A DNA stretch of 39,062 bases. Source: Candidatus Saccharimonadota bacterium. Lineage in GTDB: Bacteria; Patescibacteriota; Saccharimonadia; Saccharimonadales; Saccharimonadaceae. The stretch is from contig JAUNRI010000001.1 of NCBI GenBank assembly GCA_030535695.1, forward strand, positions 1 through 39,062, written 5' to 3'. Below the pieces are notes generated by a model. It saw only the letters and a list, made by a program, of their open reading frames with translations, was not told the DNA's origin and searched no databases. Every line of letters begins with the position of its first letter. The stretch's first letter is position 1. Below, one piece after another: positions 8,427 to 17,247 of the stretch. Both the position numbers and the translations under genes were made by a program.

Positions 8427-9325
8427 TATTCTTTCTCCCCTTTCTTCACATACATAGTAGCAAGCTGCGAGAAATCAACCAACGGCTCTCTCACCGCCGT
8501 ATCTGGATTATTAAAGTTATAATAAAGCTGCGCCAATTCCCGCGTATTTAATCTCACCGAATGAACCCCAATTTGGAACAAACCCGAAACCACCGTCTCT
8601 ACTCTATTGTTGAGCTCTGTCATCGCTTTATCGTAAGTCACCCGGTCAATTTTGGTTACTTCTGGGTCTTTAGTTTTATTAAAGGTCTTGAAGAAATTTT
8701 TAGTCTCTTGCAAAGATTTTTCCATATCTGGCGAAGTATAATACGGAATCACAATAAAGAATGATTTATCCATGATATTTGCTTCTTGCGACAAAATCTC
8801 AATAAAGTTAATGTAATCATCCATCAACACGCCAAGCAACATATTATCATTATTACGCCGAATATCCATCAAACGATTAAGATACGGCCCAATGTCCACT
8901 CTTTGACTTCTAATCAAAATCTGGGTAGTAAAGTTAAGTGAATTCAAGAAGTTTTGGTACGAATATTCTACGCCTTCCCGTTCCATATCACTCATCAAAT
9001 CAAAGTTGATCGATTTACAAGCTACCACTGCCCTAAAAGAGCCATCTTTCATAATCACCACATTATCCCGAAGCTCCGAAATCAACAGCGTTGCCTGTGT
9101 AGACATCGGGTTGTCTTTGTTTGGTGAAATTGGTGACATTTGGTTCGCTGCCATCGCGGTAGCACCCATGCCTTGGGCCATCATATTCTGTTGTGGTGGC
9201 ATCATTCCACCAGCAGCCATCATATTCTGCTGTGGCATCATCCCTCCTTGTGGAGGCATCCCACCTTGTGGTGGCATCATGCCACCGGCGGCCATCATAT
9301 TTTGTTGTGGTTGATTTGGATTCAT
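8426..9325 (-). CDS. T4SS-associated protein resembling the N-terminal part of conjugative TraE/VirB4, with a Q/M/G/P low-complexity N-terminus
   Basis: VVIMKDGSFRAV...SINFDLMS...YQNFLNSL...QILIRS; stop overlaps the virB4 start (TAATG). Confidence 0.75.
   Translation of the reverse strand: MNPNQPQQNMMAAGGMMPPQGGMPPQGGMMPQQNMMAAGGMMPPQQNMMAQGMGATAMAANQMSPISPNKDNPMSTQATLLISELRDNVVIMKDGSFRAVVACKSINFDLMSDMEREGVEYSYQNFLNSLNFTTQILIRSQRVDIGPYLNRLMDIRRNNDNMLLGVLMDDYINFIEILSQEANIMDKSFFIVIPYYTSPDMEKSLQETKNFFKTFNKTKDPEVTKIDRVTYDKAMTELNNRVETVVSGLFQIGVHSVRLNTRELAQLYYNFNNPDTAVREPLVDFSQLATMYVKKGEKE
9170..9312 (-). repeat. Coding tandem repeats PQQNMM(AAGGMM) x3 and PPQGGM x2
   Basis: Recurrent ccatcatatt(c/t)tg(t/c)tgtgg and ccttgtgg(a/t)ggcatc units in the DNA. 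Confidence 0.85.
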
Positions 9326-9328
9326 AAC

Positions 9329-10372
9329 TTAATGCAGCGATACGAAAACTTCGCCCTCATCCTTTCTCTTATTTATTCTATTAGCTTCTTTAGCGATGGT
9401 CGCAACCGAAAAATCGTTGTTGTGTGCTAATTCCATTATACTATTGTTTACTGGTTTTTCAAAATCTTCATCAAAACTAGGCCTCTCCCCGCCCGGCACT
9501 CTCACGTTTTCAAACTTATTAACTATTTCGGGATCCGCTTCTGGACGTATCACCACATCACTATTCTCAATCTCCATATCCGCTTGTAACATCACATTAC
9601 TTGGCAAACTTGGAGCCTCTGGCGCTGGCATTTCCTCCTTCGGTTTTTCTGGTTCTATCTTTGGCAAAATCATTTCCGGCTCAGCCTTCGCTTTTACTGG
9701 CTCAGTTGGAGTTATCGGAGCTCTTTGAATAATCTTTTCTCCACCAGTGCTTGGCTCATCCAAATCACCTTGAAAGGTAGTTTTATTTCTTTCTATCGCA
9801 TTCCGCATCTCACTCACTGCATCATTATGTCTGCTCATTTTGTCTTGGTCAATTACCCTATTTAATACCTGCGATTGATAGGCCTCAAACATATCCGGCG
9901 TCGCATTAGCCTCCGCCACCAAATCTTCTCGCATTGGGCTAGCTCCTGCCCCTTTAATTGCAAAACCTTCCGTATCCACAATATCTGCCAAGAAAGATAA
10001 CCGGTGAGTAGCTTCCTCGCCAGTAATATCCCTTGTCCTTTTATCTTCTACAATTTTTGGCGCCGTAATCAAAATCGTCGATTCTTTTTGCCCAGACATC
10101 CAGATTTTTTTACGTGGTTTCAAATAATAATCCACTAATGCGGCAAGATAAGTTTCCATTGGCTGATCTTTTTTAAGTGGCAATGCCAAAGCCAAAAAGA
10201 AAAAGGTAAATGGAATCGGGAGAATCGCTAAAAGTGGAAATAGCTGGAACAGCCCCACCGAAAGTGCAATCAAACCCGCGGCAATCAAAAGATAAACAAA
10301 CTGCCGAAAACTAAACGGTCCAATTAATTTATCGTCCGCCTCAACATCCTGAGGCACTTTATATTGCGCCAT
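9329..10372 (-). CDS. PrgI-family (VirB3-like) T4SS membrane protein with a long acidic/Pro-rich tail
   Basis: MAQYKVPQDVEADDKLIGPFSFRQF, two TM helices, QPMETYL...PRKKIW. Confidence 0.85.
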   Translation of the reverse strand: MAQYKVPQDVEADDKLIGPFSFRQFVYLLIAAGLIALSVGLFQLFPLLAILPIPFTFFFLALALPLKKDQPMETYLAALVDYYLKPRKKIWMSGQKESTILITAPKIVEDKRTRDITGEEATHRLSFLADIVDTEGFAIKGAGASPMREDLVAEANATPDMFEAYQSQVLNRVIDQDKMSRHNDAVSEMRNAIERNKTTFQGDLDEPSTGGEKIIQRAPITPTEPVKAKAEPEMILPKIEPEKPKEEMPAPEAPSLPSNVMLQADMEIENSDVVIRPEADPEIVNKFENVRVPGGERPSFDEDFEKPVNNSIMELAHNNDFSVATIAKEANRINKRKDEGEVFVSLH

Positions 10373-10401
10373 ACATATATTATAGCATAAGTCTAATTAG
10401 T

Positions 10402-13400
10402 TTAGTAGTTCTCAGGATCGTTTAACAAATCTTTTAAGAACTCTTCCATGTCATGGCTTTCCGCAGTTGGGTCTATTCTTCTAAAATCTTCGTACTGTTT
10501 AACAATAAAGCTATCTCTACCTAAATTCTTTTTGAGATATTCTAGCGATTCTTCATAGAAGACATCATCATCTTCACTTCTAAGGTCATGCCATAAGTTT
10601 TCTATATCCAAGACAAACCCTGCTCTATCTACTTCAGTATAGACACTCCCAGCGGATGAATTTTCAGTGTCTGGTTGATCGCCATATTTCTCTTTTTTAG
10701 CCTTTTCAAATTCAGCCTTCTCTTTACGTTTGTCTTTTTCAAGTTTCATCGTAATCGCCACATCATTATCAAGATCGAGCCAACCACGCATCCAGTCTTT
10801 CGCATTGTTAGCCGCACCAGAACGACGAGTTCTATAAATTTGATTGAGCTTGCCTCTACTGTTGAGCAATTGTCTAAATTGTGCACCCGCCAACTTATTC
10901 TTAAGTTTTGCTTTATCTTCTTCACGTTTTTGCTTAGCTATTTCTGGCGGCAAATCACCGTAACGTGTCTGAATATCCGAAAGCTCCTTCATATATTCCT
11001 CGTGCTCCAAAATCTCCTCATCAGTCCAACCTTTCATTTCTTCCTGTTCTTCATAAGCCTTTGCCAAATGTTCAAGCATTGGAGCATAATAATCCGATCT
11101 CATACCAAGAATTTGCGTTGGTGTTTGATCAGTCACATACTGCAAAGCTTTCTTCTGGAAATATTCCCTAATTCTTTCTACATCATATTTATTATGAATC
11201 TTCTTACTATTACCAAGATCTTCGCCTTCATATTTTTCCCATACCGGTTTCCATTCGTAGATTGGTTCACCATCATCACCTACCATTATCCGGCCATTTT
11301 TATCCTTCTTTTGTACTCTACCATAGCCAGTTATAAATTTCACAGCACTGGTCAACTGTTCACTACCAGACAAGTACTTTAGTGATGCCGAAATAAACTG
11401 TGGGCCAATCGCCGTTTGTACTTCTTCACGTTTCTTCAAATATCCATCTACGTCAAAATAGGTTCTCTTATCATCCCCACTTCCTTCAGCGTAAGTATAG
11501 GCCTTCATCAAACTTTCATCAAAATTAGAAAACGCCGTTCTTTCTACATTATCAAGTGAGGTACCCTCCATCAATTCCTTCATACCTTTTTTGGCATACA
11601 TCTTTATTGTCTCGCCAGTAATTTCATCAATTTCATTATGATAACCTTTAATATATTCATCATAGGTCAATTCCAAATTCTTACGTTTATTCGCATTATA
11701 CACATTCGCAGTTTCAAGATTAATATATTTACCAAAACGTCTCAAGAATGGGTCAGAATCTTTCACGTCAAACATCAAGAAAGATGCCAACGATTGCGAA
11801 GCGTGTGTACCTAATTGAATTCCGCCACCAATATCCTTATCTAGCATATTGTTAATCTGTCTCTGCACCAAATCTGTATCCCCACGCATATTCAAAGTCT
11901 TAAGACCCGAAACAATAGCGTCAATATTAGCAGCTGCATCCTTATTTGTAGTTAACTCATCCAACCGATAAGTCAAATCGTTAGTTGGCGGAGTCAAATC
12001 AAAGTAATTTTGCATCTTCGTCGATATAATCTTACTTTGCGTACTATAACCATGCGCTGCCGTAGCCACTGCATAATGTTCATACGACGTTTTGCCTTCC
12101 ATAATTTTAGAAAGATCCGCATATCTAGCATTAGCTTGTGACTCTCTTGCCAACGCTGCATTTCTTTTTGCTTTATCTGCATTATTGGTATCAAAGTGCC
12201 GTTTGTAACTAGTATTTGCAACTGGCTTACCGGTGTTAGGATCAACCGACCATGCATGGCGATTATCCATATGTGCATTCATCGCATCTTCCATCCTAGT
12301 GTGATAACCCGTCGCATTGTCATAATCAATCATTTCACCACGGGCTTGCTCCATCTTGAGGGTATCAAAGGCCATCACATTCTGAGCATCCAAAGCGTCC
12401 AGTCTAGCTCTTTGGGCCAATGTTCCATTTTGTTTTACTGCCTCAAGCTGGCCTAGACCCTTGTTCATGTTATTCTTATGACGCTCAATAATTCTCATAT
12501 ATTCAGCATTTCTAGCCTGTGCCTCATAAGACTCTTCCCCTTCCTTAGACGGAATATCTGTCCCTCGTCTATAGTTTCTAAGTGCCGCATAAGCCAAACC
12601 TCTGTTTTTTACGGTCTCGGCGTGTTCTTTAGTTTCTTCATCACGCGCAATCTTTCTGTCAGACAAGAATTGTTGCAATCTTAGAGATGGGGTATAAGCG
12701 TTTGGCGAAGCCAAATGCTTTTGCTTTGAAAGCTGCTGGTGCGAAGTTGCCCAATCTCGCACCCCACCAAGTGGTTTGTTAGTAAGAGCAGTAAGCTTGG
12801 AATTGATAGTCCCGAGCACGGTCCCAGACATCTTCATCAAGCTCCAAGAGAAGAATAATGGGAAAATCTGTACCGCCACCCCTATTAATACTCCAAACCC
12901 GTTATCAGATGATATAATAATTGCCCAACCCGCTACCGATGAAGCGCCAAACAACAACGAAAATGCCGGATAGAATATCAGCATTTGGAATAACATCTGT
13001 TTCCATTTTTTGAACCACTGCTCGGTATTTGGCAAAATGTATGCCACCATCGCAAGAGGTGCAATCATAATCAAAAGCGTTACTACTGCTTGACGCATCG
13101 CAATCGTAATTAAACCAATTACCACTGATACTAATGCCCCCAAAGCTAATGGAATCAACATCCAAATCGCACCCGTTTCAAAGGCCACCGCCACACCGGC
13201 TGCTGCAAAAGCTGTTCCCGAAGACATCGCTAGATACATTTCCGAAAGTTGTACACTAGACACTCCTGCCCCACCACCAGATGTAGATTCGGCAATTGAT
13301 TCAAATAATCCCCTAATCCCATCCCCGAAGATATTAGAAACATCTACCGCGAGAGAACAGATATAAAACGACAAATTCACCAAAACTGCTGCAATAATCA

Positions 13401-13803
13401 ACTTAGGAAGAGCCTTTTTTACTCCATAATTAGTGATCCCCACCCCAGTAATCTGTGAAAATACCACTACCAAAAGAAACAAAACGAATAGAATATTTGT
13501 CACCCCCTGGAAATACTTCCAAATTTCATAAATCGGTGACCCGTCTTTCATCTCCACCGGATTTATCTCTAAAACCCCCTCAATTTTATCATACAAAAAG
13601 TCCACTGCCTCTGAGATTTTCCCTGTTCCCGGACAGACTAACCACCCTAGAGAACCAAGACTATCTTCACAGGTTGTAGTCGTAGTAGTGCCCGCTGGCT
13701 CTGCATACGCGCTCTCTGTTAAAACAGGGGTAATACCTAAGAGACTGGAAAGCATCAAAATTATGGCAAAAAACCCGCCAACAATTTTACTTCTTATTTT
13801 CAT
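10402..13803 (-). CDS. Large polytopic membrane protein, extended VirB6/TrbL-like T4SS channel component
   Basis: Signal peptide, LGWLVCP, IWKYFQGVTN, YGVKKALPKLIIAAVLVNLS, APLAMVAYILPNTEQWFKKW, about 7 TM segments, then ~790 aa hydrophilic region. ATG 13803 preferred over TTG 13821. Confidence 0.72.
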   Translation of the reverse strand: MKIRSKIVGGFFAIILMLSSLLGITPVLTESAYAEPAGTTTTTTCEDSLGSLGWLVCPGTGKISEAVDFLYDKIEGVLEINPVEMKDGSPIYEIWKYFQGVTNILFVLFLLVVVFSQITGVGITNYGVKKALPKLIIAAVLVNLSFYICSLAVDVSNIFGDGIRGLFESIAESTSGGGAGVSSVQLSEMYLAMSSGTAFAAAGVAVAFETGAIWMLIPLALGALVSVVIGLITIAMRQAVVTLLIMIAPLAMVAYILPNTEQWFKKWKQMLFQMLIFYPAFSLLFGASSVAGWAIIISSDNGFGVLIGVAVQIFPLFFSWSLMKMSGTVLGTINSKLTALTNKPLGGVRDWATSHQQLSKQKHLASPNAYTPSLRLQQFLSDRKIARDEETKEHAETVKNRGLAYAALRNYRRGTDIPSKEGEESYEAQARNAEYMRIIERHKNNMNKGLGQLEAVKQNGTLAQRARLDALDAQNVMAFDTLKMEQARGEMIDYDNATGYHTRMEDAMNAHMDNRHAWSVDPNTGKPVANTSYKRHFDTNNADKAKRNAALARESQANARYADLSKIMEGKTSYEHYAVATAAHGYSTQSKIISTKMQNYFDLTPPTNDLTYRLDELTTNKDAAANIDAIVSGLKTLNMRGDTDLVQRQINNMLDKDIGGGIQLGTHASQSLASFLMFDVKDSDPFLRRFGKYINLETANVYNANKRKNLELTYDEYIKGYHNEIDEITGETIKMYAKKGMKELMEGTSLDNVERTAFSNFDESLMKAYTYAEGSGDDKRTYFDVDGYLKKREEVQTAIGPQFISASLKYLSGSEQLTSAVKFITGYGRVQKKDKNGRIMVGDDGEPIYEWKPVWEKYEGEDLGNSKKIHNKYDVERIREYFQKKALQYVTDQTPTQILGMRSDYYAPMLEHLAKAYEEQEEMKGWTDEEILEHEEYMKELSDIQTRYGDLPPEIAKQKREEDKAKLKNKLAGAQFRQLLNSRGKLNQIYRTRRSGAANNAKDWMRGWLDLDNDVAITMKLEKDKRKEKAEFEKAKKEKYGDQPDTENSSAGSVYTEVDRAGFVLDIENLWHDLRSEDDDVFYEESLEYLKKNLGRDSFIVKQYEDFRRIDPTAESHDMEEFLKDLLNDPENY

Positions 13804-13835
13804 AACAAAAACGCCTTCCAATTAGGCTTACTTTA

Positions 13836-13864
13836 ATTATAGCACACATAAGCATTTTTGTCAA
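13836..13864 (-). promoter_or_regulatory. Consensus sigma70 promoter for the virB6-like gene
   Basis: TTGACA (13864-13859), 17 nt spacer, TGC-TATAAT (13841-13836). Confidence 0.85.
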
Positions 13865-13894
13865 CGATTATAACCTATTTTTACCCCTTTTTTG

Positions 13895-13923
13895 TTGACT
13901 TTTTTCTAAAATCTAGCTATTAT
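13895..13923 (+). promoter_or_regulatory. Divergent sigma70 promoter for the pilin cluster
   Basis: TTGACT (13895-13900), 17 nt spacer, TATTAT (13918-13923), 8 nt before ATG 13932. Confidence 0.7.
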
Positions 13924-13931
13924 TTAATTAT

Positions 13932-14732
13932 ATGAAGAATTTTCTCAAAAAATTTGCCGTTTTTCTTGGAATTATTACTGCAATTTCAGCCACTTCTACC
14001 CTATTTTTGAAAACTTCTGCTTTTGCGGAAAATACTCGCAGTGATGGCAGTAGCTGTACAGAAGATAGTTTCTTTGGTCTCACCCCATGGGATTGTGGAG
14101 TCGGTGATATCAATAACGAAGAAGATCTAAAATCCGGTATTGCTAACATTGCCACTAACATCCTTACTGACCTTACTGTCATTGCCTCATACCTAGTACT
14201 CGGATATGTCATTTATGGTGGTTATCTCTATATGTTCTCCGCTGGCGACCCAGGCAAAGCTGCCACCGGCAAAAAAACTCTCACCTATGCATTTATTGGC
14301 CTTGCTATTACCATTTCTGCTTTTGTGATCTTTAGCAGTATCCGCATCGCATTACTCGGAAGTCAAGGAAAATTAGATTGCGACTATGTCACTGGTGCTG
14401 GTTGTATATCAGATAGAGACGATGCAGCTTCCATGATCGCCTACATTGTCCAATGGGTTGGTGGTATAGCTGGAGCAGTCGCTGCTATCTTCTTGGTAGT
14501 CGGTGCTTGGGGATATATGACCTCTAACGGCGATCCAAACAAACTCCAAAAAGCCAAAACCACTATTCTTTATGCCATCATCGGTCTCATCATTGTCGCT
14601 CTCGCTGAAGTCCTTACCGCCTTCATTTCAAGCATTATCCGAGACGCCAACAAGGAGCAAAGTTTTATCCAAGATACTTCCATCGTTCAAGAAATCGCTA
14701 ATAAAACTAAGGAGGAAAATGAAAAAGTCTAA
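13932..14732 (+). CDS. TrbC/VirB2-type pilin with two tandem pilin domains
   Basis: Signal peptide; GGYLYMFSAGDPGKAATGKKTLTYAFIGL and GAWGYMTSNGDPNKLQKAKTTILYAIIGL, each preceded by a Cys pair. Confidence 0.82.
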   Translation: MKNFLKKFAVFLGIITAISATSTLFLKTSAFAENTRSDGSSCTEDSFFGLTPWDCGVGDINNEEDLKSGIANIATNILTDLTVIASYLVLGYVIYGGYLYMFSAGDPGKAATGKKTLTYAFIGLAITISAFVIFSSIRIALLGSQGKLDCDYVTGAGCISDRDDAASMIAYIVQWVGGIAGAVAAIFLVVGAWGYMTSNGDPNKLQKAKTTILYAIIGLIIVALAEVLTAFISSIIRDANKEQSFIQDTSIVQEIANKTKEENEKV

Positions 14733-15183
14733 AATTATCACTGCTATTATTGCTATTGTGCTCGGAGCACTTAGCTTAAATTTTATTCCTACGTCTACCC
14801 ATGCTGTTGATATTTGCGCCCAAGACGGTGTCTCCGATGAAGTCAAAAAAGCTAACGGCTGCTATGGCAATGCTTCAACAGACCTTAGCACAGTAATCGT
14901 CAATATTGTTAACGGCATCGTTGGCGCACTTGGCCTTGTCGCTGTCATTTTTATTGTGGTTGGTGGCGTTAACTATATGACCTCCCAAGGCGATCCTGGC
15001 AAAACCAAAAAAGCCAAAGACACCATTCTCTATGCTAGTATTGGTCTCATTATCGCCGTTCTTGCCTTTGCTATTGTCAACTTTGTTATCGGCAACATTA
15101 TTAACAATTCTGGCAACAATAATTCTAATAATAGTAGTAGTAATAGTAGCTCCAATGTTATCAAAGGTGGTGGGCCCAACTAA
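14719..15183 (+). CDS. TrbC/VirB2-type pilin with Asn/Ser-rich tail
   Basis: SD AAGGAGG then ATG 14719 (start corrected from 14572); signal peptide; GGVNYMTSQGDPGKTKKAKDTILYASIGL. Confidence 0.85.
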   Translation: MKKSKIITAIIAIVLGALSLNFIPTSTHAVDICAQDGVSDEVKKANGCYGNASTDLSTVIVNIVNGIVGALGLVAVIFIVVGGVNYMTSQGDPGKTKKAKDTILYASIGLIIAVLAFAIVNFVIGNIINNSGNNNSNNSSSNSSSNVIKGGGPN

Positions 15184-15249
15184 ATAAAACTCTTGCATTT
15201 CTAAGAAAAAAGTTATAAAATAACATTAAAGTAAAATAAAGGATTTTAA

Positions 15250-15558
15250 ATGAAGGATATCATTACGCATTTCGCCGCTAACACCATCAGAGTGAACGAA
15301 GTAGGCACTCAATATGGTAGTGGTGCTAGTTTACAAAACACTATTATCAACATTATCAACGCAGTTGTAGGCGTACTTGCCCTCGTTTGTGTCATCGTAA
15401 TCATTATTGGTGGCGTTAATTATATGACTTCAAGTGGTGATGCCGGCAAAGTCAAAAAAGCCAAAGACACCATCCTTTATGGCGTGATTGGTTTAGTAGT
15501 TTGTGTACTTGCCTTCGCGATTGTCAACTTTGTTATCAGCAACATCATCGGCAAATAA
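15250..15558 (+). CDS. TrbC/VirB2-type pilin (short)
   Basis: GGVNYMTSSGDAGKVKKAKDTILYGVIGL; own promoter TTGCAT-N17-TAAAAT (15193-15221) and SD AAGGA. Confidence 0.85.
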   Translation: MKDIITHFAANTIRVNEVGTQYGSGASLQNTIINIINAVVGVLALVCVIVIIIGGVNYMTSSGDAGKVKKAKDTILYGVIGLVVCVLAFAIVNFVISNIIGK

Positions 15559-15574
15559 TCACCAAGTATTCAAC

Positions 15575-15603
15575 AAAAATCCGGCTCTTAAGCCGGATTT
15601 TTT
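15575..15603. terminator. Bidirectional intrinsic terminator between the pilin cluster and hsp20
   Basis: AAAAATCCGGCT-ctta-AGCCGGATTTTTT between convergent genes. Confidence 0.9.
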
Positions 15604-15637
15604 ATTATATATACAACCTTCTTTAGACGCCCACTCT

Positions 15638-16144
15638 CTATTGAATTGCGATCTTCTTTGGCGCCTCAACCTTTTCCTTCTCAAAGGTAATGGTAAGAAC
15701 ACCGTCTTTGAGCTCAGCTTTTACACTGTTCTCATCTTCACGTACCTGCACTGGAAGTGCAATCATCCTGGAAAACTCACCCCAATAGCACTCTTGAATG
15801 TGCCATCTAGTAGTTTGCTCATCTTCACCACCGGAAAGTACCCCAGAAATGGTCAAGATGTTATCAGCAATACTTACATCGAGATCCGACTTGGAAATGC
15901 CAGCAGTCCTTGCTTTTACTACTAATTTATCGGCGGTTTCATAGACATCTACTGCTAGTTGCCCAGGAAAATCGTCGGTATCATTTGCCCACTCATCTTC
16001 AGCTGGTTCATTAGGCGTTTCTTCAACCAATTCCTGTGCTATTTCTTTAGTTGCATCAGAAACCGCTGCACCACCTTCTTCTTCGTTTAAGAAAGCAGCC
16101 GCTAGGTCGTCGTCTAACAAATCTTCACTATTTGTACGAGCCAT
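15638..16144 (-). CDS. Hsp20/alpha-crystallin small heat-shock protein
   Basis: LAVDVYET...AGISKSDLDVSI...LTISG...ECYWGEFSRMIALP...AELKDGVLTITF; SD GGAGG. Confidence 0.93.
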   Translation of the reverse strand: MARTNSEDLLDDDLAAAFLNEEEGGAAVSDATKEIAQELVEETPNEPAEDEWANDTDDFPGQLAVDVYETADKLVVKARTAGISKSDLDVSIADNILTISGVLSGGEDEQTTRWHIQECYWGEFSRMIALPVQVREDENSVKAELKDGVLTITFEKEKVEAPKKIAIQ

Positions 16145-16208
16145 ATTTCCTCCACTTATATTGTTATGCTTTATTATAAACCAGTTTTATAGTAAAATCA
16201 AGAAAATT

Positions 16209-16844
16209 ATGCCTTTTATTGTAAAAAATACAACATATCCAAGCCTCGCGGACCTGCTTTTTCCCCACTCTTGTAGGGGTTGTGGGCTTACCGGTGAAGC
16301 ACTTTGCGAATGTTGTAAAAATAACATCGTCAGAAACCGCGAGGACTTCAAAAAGTCTAATATGTATGTGGTTTCTCGTCGCGATGGAATTTTGAACCAG
16401 CTTGTTCAAGACTATAAATATCACTCCATCCGCGCTCTGGCTCGTCCACTCGCAGAGCTCTTAGACCAAGTTTTACCAAAAAATTTGCCAAAAAATTCTA
16501 TCGTTGTTCCCCTTCCCACCGCCACCAACCACATCAGAAACCGCGGTTTTGATCATACCTATTTACTTGCCAAGAATCTCGGCAAAATTCGTAAATTTAA
16601 GGTGGAAAAAATTCTAGTCAGAAATAAGAACACTGTTCAAGTCGGCTCCACCAAAAAAGAACGATTCACTCAAGCCACCAAAGCTTATATCCTAAATCCC
16701 AAAATCAAAATTCAAAAAGACGCCACCTACATTTTACTAGATGACGTCTACACTACTGGCGCCTCCATCAACGCCGCCAAAAACCTTCTAAAATCTGCCG
16801 GTGCCAAAAATATCAAAATCGCCTTACTTGCTTACTCTAACTAG
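16209..16844 (+). CDS. comF: ComF-family competence protein (Zn ribbon + phosphoribosyltransferase fold)
   Basis: LFPHSCRGC...LCECC, VPLP...RNRGFDH, LLDDVYTTGAS. Start set to ATG 16209. Confidence 0.88.
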   Translation: MPFIVKNTTYPSLADLLFPHSCRGCGLTGEALCECCKNNIVRNREDFKKSNMYVVSRRDGILNQLVQDYKYHSIRALARPLAELLDQVLPKNLPKNSIVVPLPTATNHIRNRGFDHTYLLAKNLGKIRKFKVEKILVRNKNTVQVGSTKKERFTQATKAYILNPKIKIQKDATYILLDDVYTTGASINAAKNLLKSAGAKNIKIALLAYSN

Positions 16845-17229
16845 TGGAACTCGGCAAAGAAGTGATCACAAAGTTTACAATTGCAAAAGCCAAAAATGCG
16901 ATAATAAGACCGATAATCGCATAAAGCACGGTGTTTTTTGCATCGGTTACTTTCTTGGCATCACCACCAGAAATCACGTATTTAATACCACCAATAATCA
17001 ACATGATTACTGCGATTACACCCACAATATAGAGTACGGTATTAGTAATAGTTTTAAAGACACCTGTATCGCCAAACAAATTTTCTGGGCATTCATCACA
17101 ACGAGCCGCCTGTGCCCCTTCGCTCAAAGTCATTGCCGATGCACTATTTAAAGACCCAGCAATTGTTACGCCAAACAAAACACCACAAACCAAAAGTGGT
17201 AAGATAAGTTTCTTAAAAATCTTTCCCAT
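16837..17229 (-). CDS. TrbC/VirB2-type pilin (fourth, detached paralog)
   Basis: Signal peptide; GGIKYVISGGDAKKVTDAKNTVLYAIIGL; start ATG 17229 lies 6 nt after TGC-TATAAT. Confidence 0.85.
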   Translation of the reverse strand: MGKIFKKLILPLLVCGVLFGVTIAGSLNSASAMTLSEGAQAARCDECPENLFGDTGVFKTITNTVLYIVGVIAVIMLIIGGIKYVISGGDAKKVTDAKNTVLYAIIGLIIAFLAFAIVNFVITSLPSSTS

Positions 17230-17247
17230 ATTTACATTATAGCACAT

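Noticed and set aside
9170-9312. CRISPR-like repeat array
   Set aside because: Units are in-frame coding repeats without unique spacers; no cas genes.
10675-11382. 235-aa antisense ORF (and other opposite-strand ORFs such as 5711-6265, 34757-35332, 27880-28350, 15503-15925)
   Set aside because: They lie opposite well-supported genes, lack motifs and translation signals, and are explained by codon bias of the real gene.
14572-14718. N-terminal extension of the second pilin given by the ORF track (similarly dnaJ 5255, comF 16161, pilin 17247, groES 22439, rmlD 35662)
   Set aside because: The extensions overlap neighbouring genes or promoters; downstream ATGs have an SD, a -10 at leaderless spacing or stop-start coupling and match the family N-terminus.
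14960-15545. Diversity-generating retroelement TR/VR pair from the similar pilin segments
   Set aside because: Both copies are coding, differences are not adenine-specific, and no reverse transcriptase is present.
5285-15558. Integrative conjugative element or plasmid
   Set aside because: No integrase, relaxase, coupling protein, oriT-like feature or flanking direct repeats seen; housekeeping genes flank the cluster.
16145-16208. CIRCE or ROSE element for hsp20
   Set aside because: No TTAGCACTC-like inverted repeat or convincing SD-pairing hairpin visible.
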